Shown: positions 19,201 to 28,115 of the stretch, one piece after another
Layout of the letters: each line of letters opens with the position of its first letter
Position numbering within the stretch: position 1 is the stretch's first letter
Source of the DNA: a virus
Taxonomy: Duplodnaviria; Caudoviricetes
Strand: one strand, 5' to 3'
Virus record (IMG/VR): IMGVR_UViG_3300020281_000024
Coordinates: 1 to 59,206 of that record
Length of the DNA stretch: 59,206 nt
The notes under the pieces: generated by a model
Databases searched by the model: none
Told to the model about the DNA's origin: nothing
Seen by the model: only the letters and a program-made list of their open reading frames with translations
Made by a program: the position numbers and the translations under genes

Positions 19201-21906
19201 GTACAAGGTTCAACTACTAAAAATATGTTCCATATGAGAAACGCAACTGGTTTAAGAAACTGTACACTACAAGGTTTAACAGGTACATTAGGTTCAGCAA
19301 ACAGTTATGGTACAAAACGTCCTTCAGCAGGTGCTTTTGTTTCATTAGATCCAGGATACGGTCCACAAGATTACAAAACTTGGATCGCAACTCCGACTGC
19401 TGGAACAGTACAATACACACCAACAAATGGTACATATGATCCTGCAACAGGAACAACAGTATTAACAATTGGTGCTCACAACATGGAAGCAGGTGAGTCT
19501 GTGAGAGTAACAACTGGAAGTTTAAGTTTCCAATGTTCACAAGACAACTACAATACAACTCATGCTTATCCAAGATCAACTGACCCAGCGGCAGGTAAAG
19601 AATTATTAGTTGAAGCAGTTACTGACACAACAATTCAAATTAATGTTGGAGCAAGTGGCGGTGGAGACCAATACGTACACAGATGGGTAAGTGCTTCTGC
19701 AAACGCAGTACAACAAGAAACTGTATGTAGAACAGGTGGTAGATCACCTTACGTACAAAACGTTACAAACTTTGGTACAGCGGCAATTGGATTAAAAATT
19801 GATGGAAACTTACACGAAGGTGGTAACGATTCAATCGTTGCTAACGACTTTACACAGGTAATTTCCGATGGTATAGGTGCTTGGGTAACTAACTTGGGAA
19901 GAGCAGAACTTGTTTCTGTGTTCTCATACTACGGACACATTGGTTACCTTGCAGAAAACGGTGGAAAAATTAGAGCAACAAACGGTAACAGTTCATATGG
20001 TGACTTTGGTTGTGTGTCAGAAGGTGTTGACTCAACAGAAGTGCCAATAACTGCAACTGTAAACAACAGATCAACTGATGCACTTGCAGATGTATTCACA
20101 GACGGAAGTGCTATCCAGGCGCTATTCTACAAAAACGCAGGTAGAGAATACGTTGCTAACCAAACAACTTTAACTTTCGCAGGTGATGGTTATGGATTAA
20201 ACACACCAGCGGCAACAGTTAATACAGGTGGTGTATACGAAATTAGAGTAACTGACCCAGCAGGTAACAACTTAGGTGGAGATGGTTACATCACAACAAC
20301 TAACTCAGCACAAACAGGAACAACAACACAAATTACTTTAGCGGCGGCAGACAGCAGAGCCTCTGGTGCTTATGTTGGTATGTTCTTATTAATTACAGAA
20401 GGTAAAGGTGCAGGTCAATATGGTTACATTGACACGTACAGTTCAGCAAGTAAAATTGCAACAATCAAGAAACTTTCAGACAACAGTGCTGGATTTGATG
20501 TATTAGGTGGAGTAAGTGTTGAATCAAGTTTAGATTCTACAACAATTTATGAAATCACTCCAAGAGTACAGATAGGTGCTCCGGATAACGATGGATCAAC
20601 TGCTGTGAGACAGGCAGTTGGTATTGCGACAGTTGTAACAAATAAAATTACACAAATCAGAATAATTGATTGTGGTGCTTCTTACACAAGTGCACCAACA
20701 GTTACACTTGTTGATCCTAACAACACATCAGACGCAACATTACAATCTTACATTGGTGATGGTGTGTTAGGTCCACCAACATTTGTTGCACGTGGTATAG
20801 ATTACAAAACAGCGTCAGTTGGAATCACTGCACAAGGAACACAGGCAACTGTAACTGGAATTACTCAAGCAAGACCACCAGTGATTACTACACAGGCGGC
20901 GCACAATTACAGTTCAGGTGATAGAGTTAAATTCACTGGCATAGTTGGAATGACAGAATTGAATACAGGTGTATTTTACTATGTAAGAGTTGTAAACACA
21001 ACTTCATTTGAACTTTTTGCAGATGATGGATTTACTACTCCATTAGATTCAACAAATTACACTGCATACTCAAGTGGTGGTACAGCAGAGTTGTTTGGTG
21101 GATTTAGAGATTCTTTCCAATCAGGAAAATTCATACAGGTAGAAAATTTAAGTGAATTACCAAGAGCAGGTGCAAACATTGAGTTCGGTCACAGACCAGG
21201 AGTTTATTACAAACTTGTTGCAACTATCAGTCAACTTGGAACACAAACACCTTACAGTGCATTGTTACAAGTTTCACCAAACGTGACGGCGCAGTATGCT
21301 CCGGATCATGGTACAAGTTTATCTATAAGAATTAGATATTCACAAAATAGATTGACTGGACACGACTTCTTAGATATTGGTACTGGTAACTTTAGTTCAA
21401 CTAACTATCCAGGAACACCAAATCAAAATCCAATACCGGCAAACGAAACTGTTGAAGGCGGCGGTGGTAGAGTATTCTTTACTTCAACTGACCAAGACGG
21501 TAACTTCAGAGTTGGTGACTTGTTCAACGTAGAACAGGCAACAGGTATTGCGTCGTTGAATGCAGATGCATTTAACATTTCAGGACTACAAGAATTACAG
21601 TTGGGAGATCTAGCATTAGGAGGATCTAGTGCTTCAATTAACGAGTTCTCAACTGATGGTACAATGGCGGCTAATTCGGACTCCATTGTTCCGACACAGA
21701 GAGCAATTAGAACTTATATCGCTTCACAGATCGGTGGTGGTGCAAGTTCGCTCAATGTTAACTTAATTACTGCTGGATTAGTGGTAATTACGGGTAATAC
21801 GATAAGTACAAGTAACAACAGTAAAATTACTATTAGCAGTGTTGCAAACTTCACAAAAGGAGTAACAGGTGTGCCGATAGCAATGAATATGTTGATACAT
21901 AGTTAA
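16231..21906 (+). CDS. giant fibre protein: CBM5/12-like repeats, beta-helix and inserted modules
   Basis: MAEFKLGRIRFVWKGAW start, paralogous to 11033; Trp-rich repeats; helical KCRRDIG..IDA..HDL..GGN repeat; shared C-terminal RLTGHDFLDIGTG...GGGRVFFTSTDQDGNFR. Confidence 0.75.
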   Translation: MAEFKLGRIRFVWKGAWYTGTIYSVDDVVRYGGRTYICVVNHTANAEFQVDLTAANWALMSDGQEWKGNWSLNTTYKPNDIVKYGGYIYIANTGHTSTSSASDGLEVDSSKWDLFIEGFDYKSSWAINTRYKVNDLVKYGGTIYLCITEHTSAATTSLGLENDQAKWEAFSKGFNWLNTWATGTRYKVNDTVSYGGQIYVCVTGHTSNASAAQGLEADQAKWEYLHKGIEYKGAFAGTTRYKANDVVKGGANLYICTVGYTSTTDINADSANWALFVPGLEFEDSWSSATKYQPGDTVTYGGYQYVAKTLNENKVPSTQTSDWALFVTGFNLRGDYNNGTAYKTGDVVRVGGFTYISIADTTGNRPPNVVYWNKLNEGLYWKGNWSNATYYDKGDIVRGTTNTDTSYICVTSHTSNNQAPSTINQPDYPAGAGVDTSVWQLLSGGPENDVLSAGGDILIYGSSGPQRLPIGTAGQALVVNAAGTLPEWGNVGKIDQVYYVSPNGTDQPAPTSGVTLDRAWKTIRYALHEIDKGPNNPQAAYMLTRNKAYIQDETIAWINAQISNNTPPFTSSFTYNATKCRRDIGIIIDATIHDLTHGGNVKSRFAALSYFTPAGTSYVTGQEAETSAAIVQASAIAKLVVANATHSNLQGSTPKYTNASYIAEAGSTDLIETLMKYSSDAITAGNVNGVPAKNNPNITLNVKTGIYNEILPMRVSRNTAVVGDELRSTNIRPAGSVVNSSDVQYSLQGIQRMEAILSDIIQNNSVTKTPSGGVVSITAPGGYIGSNEGTGTAVSSTGGNGSGATFNITVNSFGFVTALAVAAPGQSYQIGDNITIPASTTIIGPSGNTTLGVAVTFPVTAVTSGNTLTQNTDAPAGSAAAGTRAATIADQIEKYIDFKINANGSEPALQGSNIPELTAAYTDARLRLLANKEFIAKEAAEYVKRNNPGVSFVVSDCEDDIKDYVDGIIYDLQFTGNQRSLQGAEWYVNAVQGSTTKNMFHMRNATGLRNCTLQGLTGTLGSANSYGTKRPSAGAFVSLDPGYGPQDYKTWIATPTAGTVQYTPTNGTYDPATGTTVLTIGAHNMEAGESVRVTTGSLSFQCSQDNYNTTHAYPRSTDPAAGKELLVEAVTDTTIQINVGASGGGDQYVHRWVSASANAVQQETVCRTGGRSPYVQNVTNFGTAAIGLKIDGNLHEGGNDSIVANDFTQVISDGIGAWVTNLGRAELVSVFSYYGHIGYLAENGGKIRATNGNSSYGDFGCVSEGVDSTEVPITATVNNRSTDALADVFTDGSAIQALFYKNAGREYVANQTTLTFAGDGYGLNTPAATVNTGGVYEIRVTDPAGNNLGGDGYITTTNSAQTGTTTQITLAAADSRASGAYVGMFLLITEGKGAGQYGYIDTYSSASKIATIKKLSDNSAGFDVLGGVSVESSLDSTTIYEITPRVQIGAPDNDGSTAVRQAVGIATVVTNKITQIRIIDCGASYTSAPTVTLVDPNNTSDATLQSYIGDGVLGPPTFVARGIDYKTASVGITAQGTQATVTGITQARPPVITTQAAHNYSSGDRVKFTGIVGMTELNTGVFYYVRVVNTTSFELFADDGFTTPLDSTNYTAYSSGGTAELFGGFRDSFQSGKFIQVENLSELPRAGANIEFGHRPGVYYKLVATISQLGTQTPYSALLQVSPNVTAQYAPDHGTSLSIRIRYSQNRLTGHDFLDIGTGNFSSTNYPGTPNQNPIPANETVEGGGGRVFFTSTDQDGNFRVGDLFNVEQATGIASLNADAFNISGLQELQLGDLALGGSSASINEFSTDGTMAANSDSIVPTQRAIRTYIASQIGGGASSLNVNLITAGLVVITGNTISTSNNSKITISSVANFTKGVTGVPIAMNMLIHS

Positions 21907-21924
21907 TAAAAGGAGAAAAAGGAC

Positions 21925-22245
21925 ATGGCATCAGGAAGAATAGGAAAAGCAAATCTTACTGCCGCTACCAATACCACTGTGTATACGACACCTGCTTCAA
22001 CTTTCACGGTTGCAACAGTATCGTTTTGTAACAGAGGTAATCAAGCCATTGCTGTTAGATTAGCGGTGGCGGATAGTGCGACTCCAGATAACGCAGAATA
22101 CGTTGAATATGAAACAGAAATTCTGAGTCACGGAGTGTTAGAAAGAACTGGTTTAGTACTTGCGGCAACGCAAAAATTGGTTGCATATTCAAGTGCGGCT
22201 AACGTAAGCGTGGTTGTAACTGGAATTGAAACAAGTACTGCTTAA
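21925..22245 (+). CDS. small virion beta-sandwich protein (paralog 3 of 3)
   Basis: SD AAGGAG; NTTVYTTPA...VSFCNR...LERTGLVL...VVVTGIE. Confidence 0.7.
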   Translation: MASGRIGKANLTAATNTTVYTTPASTFTVATVSFCNRGNQAIAVRLAVADSATPDNAEYVEYETEILSHGVLERTGLVLAATQKLVAYSSAANVSVVVTGIETSTA

Positions 22246-22261
22246 TTTTATGTAAATTAAC

Positions 22262-22268
22262 ATAAATA
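22262..22268 (+). promoter_or_regulatory. T4-like late promoter (ATAAATA)
   Basis: Intergenic motif heading the Cys-rich protein module. Confidence 0.6.
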
Positions 22269-22291
22269 GTATAAACGAAGGAAACAAAAAA

Positions 22292-22624
22292 ATGGGAAGA
22301 TACATATCAACAACTGGAACTGCTGGAGTATCCACTAAAATAGTGAGTACGACACACCAAGCGGCGGTAAATGAGAGAATCTTAGCAAACAGTTCTTCAG
22401 GAACGTTTACAATAACGTTACCAGCGAACGCAAGTTTATTAGTTAATGACACAATTCAGATCATTGACGCAAACTCTAGTTTTGGAACTAATGCGGTAAC
22501 TGTTGCAAGAAATTCATCTTTAATTCAAGGAAGTGCAGACGACTTAACACTTGACTTAAATGGTGCAATAGTAACTTTAATTTACACAGGCGCGACTTAT
22601 GGTTGGATCGTAGGTGCTGTATAA
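22292..22624 (+). CDS. small tail-fibre connector-like protein (T4 gp34 N-terminal repeat-like domain)
   Basis: ANSSSGTFTITLPA...DTIQIID...FGTNAVTVARN..LIQG...DLTLD..GA.VTLIY....GW motif typical of proximal tail-fibre repeats. Confidence 0.6.
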   Translation: MGRYISTTGTAGVSTKIVSTTHQAAVNERILANSSSGTFTITLPANASLLVNDTIQIIDANSSFGTNAVTVARNSSLIQGSADDLTLDLNGAIVTLIYTGATYGWIVGAV

Positions 22625-22672
22625 TATTTTTATTATATTACACTTATAAAACTAATTGGGGAAACGGAGACT

Positions 22673-23635
22673 ATGGCAAGTTTAAAATCATTACTCGGTA
22701 CAAAGCAGGACGCATTCGTATCGGTTGCGGAATCTAACCTAGAAAAAGGTCAGATTTTTACATACCATAACGGTGCAAACTACTCTAGAATATGGTGCGG
22801 ATTTTGTTTCCACCCGGACGTATCTGGAACAGCAGTAATAGAGGCGTGGGGAGCAGGTGGCTCTGGCGCTGAGATGTGTTGTTGCGGTTTTGGTCTTCCA
22901 GGTAACTCAGGTGCCTACGTTAAGAAAACAGTTGTTATGTCACCAGGCGATTACATTTGTGGTTGCACTGGTATATCTTGTGGTAACTCAGATAGTTTAT
23001 GTTTTAGAGGTTGTTCAGAACCTACCATGGTAAGATTATGCATAGGTGGAACAGAGACTTGTATGTGTGCAGAAGGTGGTAGAGGTGGAATAACTTATTG
23101 TTCAACTAACTCAAGTTTTTATTGTTGCTACAGAGCAAATGGTTTCTGTGTAACAAAAACAGACAACAACCAATGTGGAATTATTTGTAACCAGTGTAAC
23201 GGGGCATGGGTAGCCTGTGCATATGGTGGAGAGATTAACAAGCCAGGATTAAATTCTTGTGTGTCAGCATTTGGTTGCTATCCTTCATGTATTTGTATGT
23301 TTAATCACCACATTCCAACTCCAGCGGGACAAGGTTCCAAAGAGGGAAGGATGATTGTATATACAAATGACAACAATAACGATTTTGCACAATGGTCAGG
23401 TAACGGTCATCACCAACACAGAGCAAATTTAGGATCAGGTAGATTCCCAACAGGCGGTATACCTTGGTCATCTTGTTGGGGAGCGAGTAAGGCTTGTGGA
23501 TGTTACAACAATGATGGTTGTGTGCCAGTACTTCCAGTTGGATCTGGTGGTAGAGGACCTAACCCTTGTCCAGGTGTTAGAGATCACGCAATCAGAGGTG
23601 GCTTTGGAGCAGTGAGGATTAGATTTATAAGTTAA
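22673..23635 (+). CDS. Cys-rich, Gly-rich putative fibre-tip protein (paralog A)
   Basis: About 30 Cys in 320 aa by hand count; IEAWGAGGSGAEMCCCG...RDHAIRGGFGAVRIRF frame of a Gly-rich tail-fibre domain. Confidence 0.7.
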   Translation: MASLKSLLGTKQDAFVSVAESNLEKGQIFTYHNGANYSRIWCGFCFHPDVSGTAVIEAWGAGGSGAEMCCCGFGLPGNSGAYVKKTVVMSPGDYICGCTGISCGNSDSLCFRGCSEPTMVRLCIGGTETCMCAEGGRGGITYCSTNSSFYCCYRANGFCVTKTDNNQCGIICNQCNGAWVACAYGGEINKPGLNSCVSAFGCYPSCICMFNHHIPTPAGQGSKEGRMIVYTNDNNNDFAQWSGNGHHQHRANLGSGRFPTGGIPWSSCWGASKACGCYNNDGCVPVLPVGSGGRGPNPCPGVRDHAIRGGFGAVRIRFIS

Positions 23636-23644
23636 GGATTTATT

Positions 23645-24658
23645 ATGGCAAGTTTAACAACATTATTACAAACCAAATATGATTTTGCAGTAGGTAACGA
23701 GACTAACCTAGAGCAAGGAAGAATTTATCAGTACTATCCAGGCAGTGCTAGAGGCACAAACTTTAGATGTCACGTTTGTTTCGTGGCACCATCGGCTGGT
23801 ACAGCAACTATCGAGATATGGGGTGCTGGTGGATCAGGTGCTGAGATGTGTTGTTGTGGATTTGGATTAAACGGAAATCCAGGTGCATACAGTAAAAAAA
23901 CTTTAACAATGGCATCAGGCTGTTTCATTTGTGGAATAGTTGGTCAGTCATGTGGTAACGCAGATGACCTATGTCACAGAGGTACTTCGGAACCAACACA
24001 AATTTGTTGGTTTGCAGGTGGTACAGATGGATGTATGTGTGCCCAAGGTGGTAAGGGTGGTTACACTTATTGTTCAACTGGTAACTCACCATACTGTTGT
24101 TTCATAGCAGGCGGATTCTGCGGAACACAAGGTGGAGACCAATACTGCGGAATTATTTGTAACTTTAAAGATTCATCAAGTGAACCAACTTTCTGTGCTC
24201 AGGCATATGGCGGTGATACAAACTGCTACGGTGGGTTCAGTTGTTGGTATTTCAGAGGATGTCAACCAAACTGTAACTGTAGAAACGTTCCAGTAATTAA
24301 ATTCCCTCCAGGAATGATATCTACTTGTGGTGGAGAAGTTCATTACACATTAGATTCTGACAATGGTAGATCTCAATGGTCAGGAATGGGTGGTTGGATG
24401 AATGCCTCTCACGGATTTAACCTTGCAACAAGATCACCAACACAAGGTGGTCCATACACTGCTTGTTGGACAGGTAACAGAAGTTGTGGTTGTTATCAAG
24501 CCAATGGTTGTATACCTTTCATGCCAGCAGGTATAGGTGGACAAGGTCCAAGACCATGTGATGGCGTAAGAGATCACGCACACAGAGGTGGACATGGTTT
24601 AATTAGAATTAAATTTGTAAGTAGCACTAACGACTACGATTTAGATAGTGCACCGTAA
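23645..24658 (+). CDS. Cys-rich, Gly-rich putative fibre-tip protein (paralog B)
   Basis: About 30 Cys in 337 aa; IEIWGAGGSGAEMCCCG...RDHAHRGGHGLIRIKF. Confidence 0.7.
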   Translation: MASLTTLLQTKYDFAVGNETNLEQGRIYQYYPGSARGTNFRCHVCFVAPSAGTATIEIWGAGGSGAEMCCCGFGLNGNPGAYSKKTLTMASGCFICGIVGQSCGNADDLCHRGTSEPTQICWFAGGTDGCMCAQGGKGGYTYCSTGNSPYCCFIAGGFCGTQGGDQYCGIICNFKDSSSEPTFCAQAYGGDTNCYGGFSCWYFRGCQPNCNCRNVPVIKFPPGMISTCGGEVHYTLDSDNGRSQWSGMGGWMNASHGFNLATRSPTQGGPYTACWTGNRSCGCYQANGCIPFMPAGIGGQGPRPCDGVRDHAHRGGHGLIRIKFVSSTNDYDLDSAP

Positions 24659-24680
24659 GGATAAGGAGTAAATATAGTAT

Positions 24681-25658
24681 ATGGCTAGTTTAAAAGGATT
24701 ACTAACTAACAGAAACCCAGCAGAGATGATCGAAGAGAATCTCGAGACTGGTTATATCTACGTTTGGTCTCCAGGAACTAACTACACAAACTTCTGTAAT
24801 GGTGTATGTTGGAAAGCACCAGCGGCAGGTACAGCACACATAGAAATATGGGGAGCAGGTGGCTCGGGTGCTAGAATGTGTTGTTGCGGTGATGGATTAC
24901 CAGGCAACGCAGGTGGATATGCTTACAAAAAAATTACTGTAGAAGCAGACGATACATTAACAGGATGTACAGGTATGCCATGCTACGCACACTCACTTTG
25001 CCACTCAGGTTGTTCAAATCCAACAGGCATTTGTTGGGTAACACAAAACAACGGAAATGGTTGTATGTGTGCAAGAGGTGGATACGGTGGTAAATCTATG
25101 TGTACAACAGGAAGTTCTTTATACTGTTGTTACAGAGCACAAGGTTTCTGTACTGTAAGATGTAACAATGATAACTGTGGATTAGTTTGTAACGTGTGTA
25201 CAGACGGTAACACAGAATCTTGGCAGGCGTGTGCATACGGTGGAGATATCAACTGTTGCGGACAGTTCGGTTGTGTATCTTTCTTCGGATGTTGCCCACA
25301 CTGTAAATGTAGATTCCAACAACACGTTCCGATTCCAGCAGGACAATTTGCTGTTAACGGTGCGTTGATAACTTTCCAGAAAGAGTCGGATGGAACTCCG
25401 ATGTCTAACTGGTCAGGTAACCAAATTTTCCAATACTATGCGGCTTTGAACTCAGCATCCAAATCGCCAAGACAAGGAACTCCAGACTCACACTGTTGGA
25501 GATCAGATAGAGCGTGTGGATGTTATGAAATGCAAGGATGTAACAATTATCTACCAGTTGGTGGTGGGGGAATTGGCCCCAACCCATGTCCGGATGTAAG
25601 AGATCACGGAATCAGAGGTGGATTCGGAGGAGTAAGAATCAGATTTGTTGCTTCATAA
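24681..25658 (+). CDS. Cys-rich, Gly-rich putative fibre-tip protein (paralog C)
   Basis: About 33 Cys in 325 aa; IEIWGAGGSGARMCCCG...RDHGIRGGFGGVRIRF. Confidence 0.7.
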   Translation: MASLKGLLTNRNPAEMIEENLETGYIYVWSPGTNYTNFCNGVCWKAPAAGTAHIEIWGAGGSGARMCCCGDGLPGNAGGYAYKKITVEADDTLTGCTGMPCYAHSLCHSGCSNPTGICWVTQNNGNGCMCARGGYGGKSMCTTGSSLYCCYRAQGFCTVRCNNDNCGLVCNVCTDGNTESWQACAYGGDINCCGQFGCVSFFGCCPHCKCRFQQHVPIPAGQFAVNGALITFQKESDGTPMSNWSGNQIFQYYAALNSASKSPRQGTPDSHCWRSDRACGCYEMQGCNNYLPVGGGGIGPNPCPDVRDHGIRGGFGGVRIRFVAS

Positions 25659-25701
25659 TAATTGAAGTTAGATAAATAAAACTGTAAGAGGATATAAAAC
25701 T

Positions 25702-26346
25702 ATGTTTACAAAAGAATTTGATATAGCAATGCCAAATGAACCAATGAAGAACGACTTCAGTGGTGGTGCAACAATCACTGGAACTTACAAAGGTCCAAGA
25801 TACATTAAAATCGAGTACAACAATGACACTAAAATTGTTGGTAACTGGATTGACGAAGGTGACGCAGAGGCAGATTTCGCAGGTAACCCAGTAGCAGAAG
25901 GTTTTTCATCAACAACTTTAGACGCAGATGTTGATACAAAATGGGTTGCATACATAACAGGTCTTTATACAACAGGCGACGTTGCTGACTACGAAGAAGA
26001 TTTAGGCACAACAGATGAAAACGGCGACGCAGAGAAATGGACTTTTTACTGGCACGATGGTTCAGGTGTACTTGCACAGATTTACAATCAAGGTACAATG
26101 AAATTTGAAGATGGTGCAATAGTAGAACCAACAGTAAGAACACACTCAGTAACAGAAGCAGAATTCACAGAATCAGTAAACGAACATATTGCTAACGCAA
26201 CATCAGAAGCGGCAAGAGATGTTTACTCAGATGATGAAAAAGCGGCAATCAATGCTTACAAATCTACACTAGAAGGTTTAAGCACGAGGTATTCTGGTAA
26301 AGATCACTGGAAGATTCCGTTCCCACAACAACCAGACTACAAGTAA
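25702..26346 (+). CDS. putative tail-fibre assembly chaperone (acidic paralog)
   Basis: Follows the fibre-tip genes; C-terminal helix plus HWKIPFPQQP resembles Tfa-type chaperone ends; ATAAATA at 25672-25678. Confidence 0.5.
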   Translation: MFTKEFDIAMPNEPMKNDFSGGATITGTYKGPRYIKIEYNNDTKIVGNWIDEGDAEADFAGNPVAEGFSSTTLDADVDTKWVAYITGLYTTGDVADYEEDLGTTDENGDAEKWTFYWHDGSGVLAQIYNQGTMKFEDGAIVEPTVRTHSVTEAEFTESVNEHIANATSEAARDVYSDDEKAAINAYKSTLEGLSTRYSGKDHWKIPFPQQPDYK

Positions 26347-26389
26347 TCATTTTTTAAAGTAAGGTTTCGTACACAAAATAAGTACGAGT

Positions 26390-27118
26390 ATGCCTTACAA
26401 AGATTTAGCAGTACCAAGGGAAGACAAATACTCAGAAGATGATATGAATCATCTGACTTTCATCAATAACAAAATTCCATTCACCGTAAATTTACCAAAT
26501 CAACCATATGTAGATGATTTCAGTGAAGGCATAACGCACGATTGCTTTTACATAGGAATGAATTACATCAAAGTTAATAGAAGAATCAGTGACGGACTTG
26601 TATTAGAAGTATTAACCGAAGCACAAAAAATGGAAGAAATAGAGTCCAGAAAAATTATTCATGACGAAGGTTGCGACAGTTTTATAATAGACGCAAGAGA
26701 ACACACTTGGGAAGCGGCATACATCACTGGAAGATATTATCATGAGGACATACCGAATTACGAAGAGGAACTTGGCACAACAGACTTTTGGGGTAAGCCT
26801 GAAGTTTGGGATTACAGCCACACTCCAGAAACTGGCGTACTGGCACAAATTTATTATGTAAATTCGATGTATTACAATGATGGAAAATTTAGTAAGCCTA
26901 AATTCAGAGAACACATTATTAAAAGAGAAAGTTTTGACGATATGGTACAAGTACACATAAGAGACACAGTACGCGAACTAAAAAGAAATGTTTACAAGCC
27001 AGAAGATATAGAATACATAAAAAAATATGGTGAATGGCTTAAAACAGTGCCCGAAACATACAAAAATATTAAGCATTGGAAAATAAAATTTCCTCCCCTG
27101 CCTAATTATAAACCTTAA
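26390..27118 (+). CDS. putative tail-fibre assembly chaperone (second paralog)
   Basis: Collinear similarity to 25702-26346: DDFS.G.T, AYITG.Y, YEE.LGTTD, GVLAQIY, HWKI.FP..P.YK. Confidence 0.5.
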   Translation: MPYKDLAVPREDKYSEDDMNHLTFINNKIPFTVNLPNQPYVDDFSEGITHDCFYIGMNYIKVNRRISDGLVLEVLTEAQKMEEIESRKIIHDEGCDSFIIDAREHTWEAAYITGRYYHEDIPNYEEELGTTDFWGKPEVWDYSHTPETGVLAQIYYVNSMYYNDGKFSKPKFREHIIKRESFDDMVQVHIRDTVRELKRNVYKPEDIEYIKKYGEWLKTVPETYKNIKHWKIKFPPLPNYKP

Positions 27119-27163
27119 TCAGACTTAACACTCCTGGAATAACCCAATCATTAAATAAATTAT

Positions 27164-28114
27164 ATGAGCAATTCAAAAAGACCTAAGGCTTTCTTTTTAA
27201 ATGGTGGAATGGGTAGAATAATATCTGCGATACCTGCCTTAGAAAAATATCACGAAGCAAAAGAAGATCCTGATTTCATAATAGTTATAGAAGGAATATG
27301 TAACATTATGAATGGTCATCCTACTTTAGATAATAAAACTTATGATATGTACCATAAAAATTTATTTCATACAAAATTAATCAATATGGATATTGTAAGT
27401 CCAGAGCCTTACAGACTAAATGAATATTTTAATCAAAAGTGTGACATTGCTCAGGCGTTTGATATGTTAATCAACAAAAAAGGCATCAGAGAATTACCTG
27501 CACCAACTTTAATTTTAAGTAAAGAAGAATTATTAGAAGGCAGAAAAGCAATAGACGAAATCAAAAAGAAAGTAAAAAAAGAAAAATTAGTAATTATTCA
27601 ACCGTTTGGACGTGCAATCACACAAATAGATAATTCATTTGTAGACAAAAGCAATAGGAGTATAGAATTTAGTAATTTAAAACAAATAATAAAAAAATTA
27701 CAAGAAAAAGATTGGGCAGTATGCATAATGAGTGAATTCGGAATAGAATTTAAAGATGCAGGATTTAAGGACGAGGTAGCAATTCCTGAGATACCCGACT
27801 TACGTAAATGGGCAGGTTTAATAAAATACGCAGATCACTTTCTTGGTTGTGACAGTGTAGGACAACATCTTGCAAAAGCAATGGAAACTCCTGCGAGTGT
27901 AGTAATGGGTGCAACATATCCTATCAATACAAGTTATCCTAATGATAAAAATTTTACAATTATTGATATGGGACAGTTCGATAGAGAATATGATCCAATA
28001 AGAATAAGTTTTGACGAAAGAATAAGCAGAAAGCACGAGAGAATTATGACAATGACTCCCGAGATAGAAGACTATGTAGTGTCTGCTGTAAACGGAGACC
28101 CAATAGAGGAATAA
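27164..28114 (+). CDS. GT-B glycosyltransferase, GT9 (ADP-heptose heptosyltransferase)-like
   Basis: N-terminal NGGMGR.I..IPALE; IIQPFG; LRKWAGLIKYADHFLGCDSVGQHLAKA matches the GT9 donor-binding DS..H.A.A motif. Confidence 0.7.
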   Translation: MSNSKRPKAFFLNGGMGRIISAIPALEKYHEAKEDPDFIIVIEGICNIMNGHPTLDNKTYDMYHKNLFHTKLINMDIVSPEPYRLNEYFNQKCDIAQAFDMLINKKGIRELPAPTLILSKEELLEGRKAIDEIKKKVKKEKLVIIQPFGRAITQIDNSFVDKSNRSIEFSNLKQIIKKLQEKDWAVCIMSEFGIEFKDAGFKDEVAIPEIPDLRKWAGLIKYADHFLGCDSVGQHLAKAMETPASVVMGATYPINTSYPNDKNFTIIDMGQFDREYDPIRISFDERISRKHERIMTMTPEIEDYVVSAVNGDPIEE

Positions 28115-28115
28115 T

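Noticed and set aside
11033-25658. Diversity-generating retroelement or invertible shufflon acting on the paralogous fibre genes
   Set aside because: No reverse transcriptase or recombinase in the window, no template/variable repeat pair differing only at adenines, and all paralogs are co-oriented.
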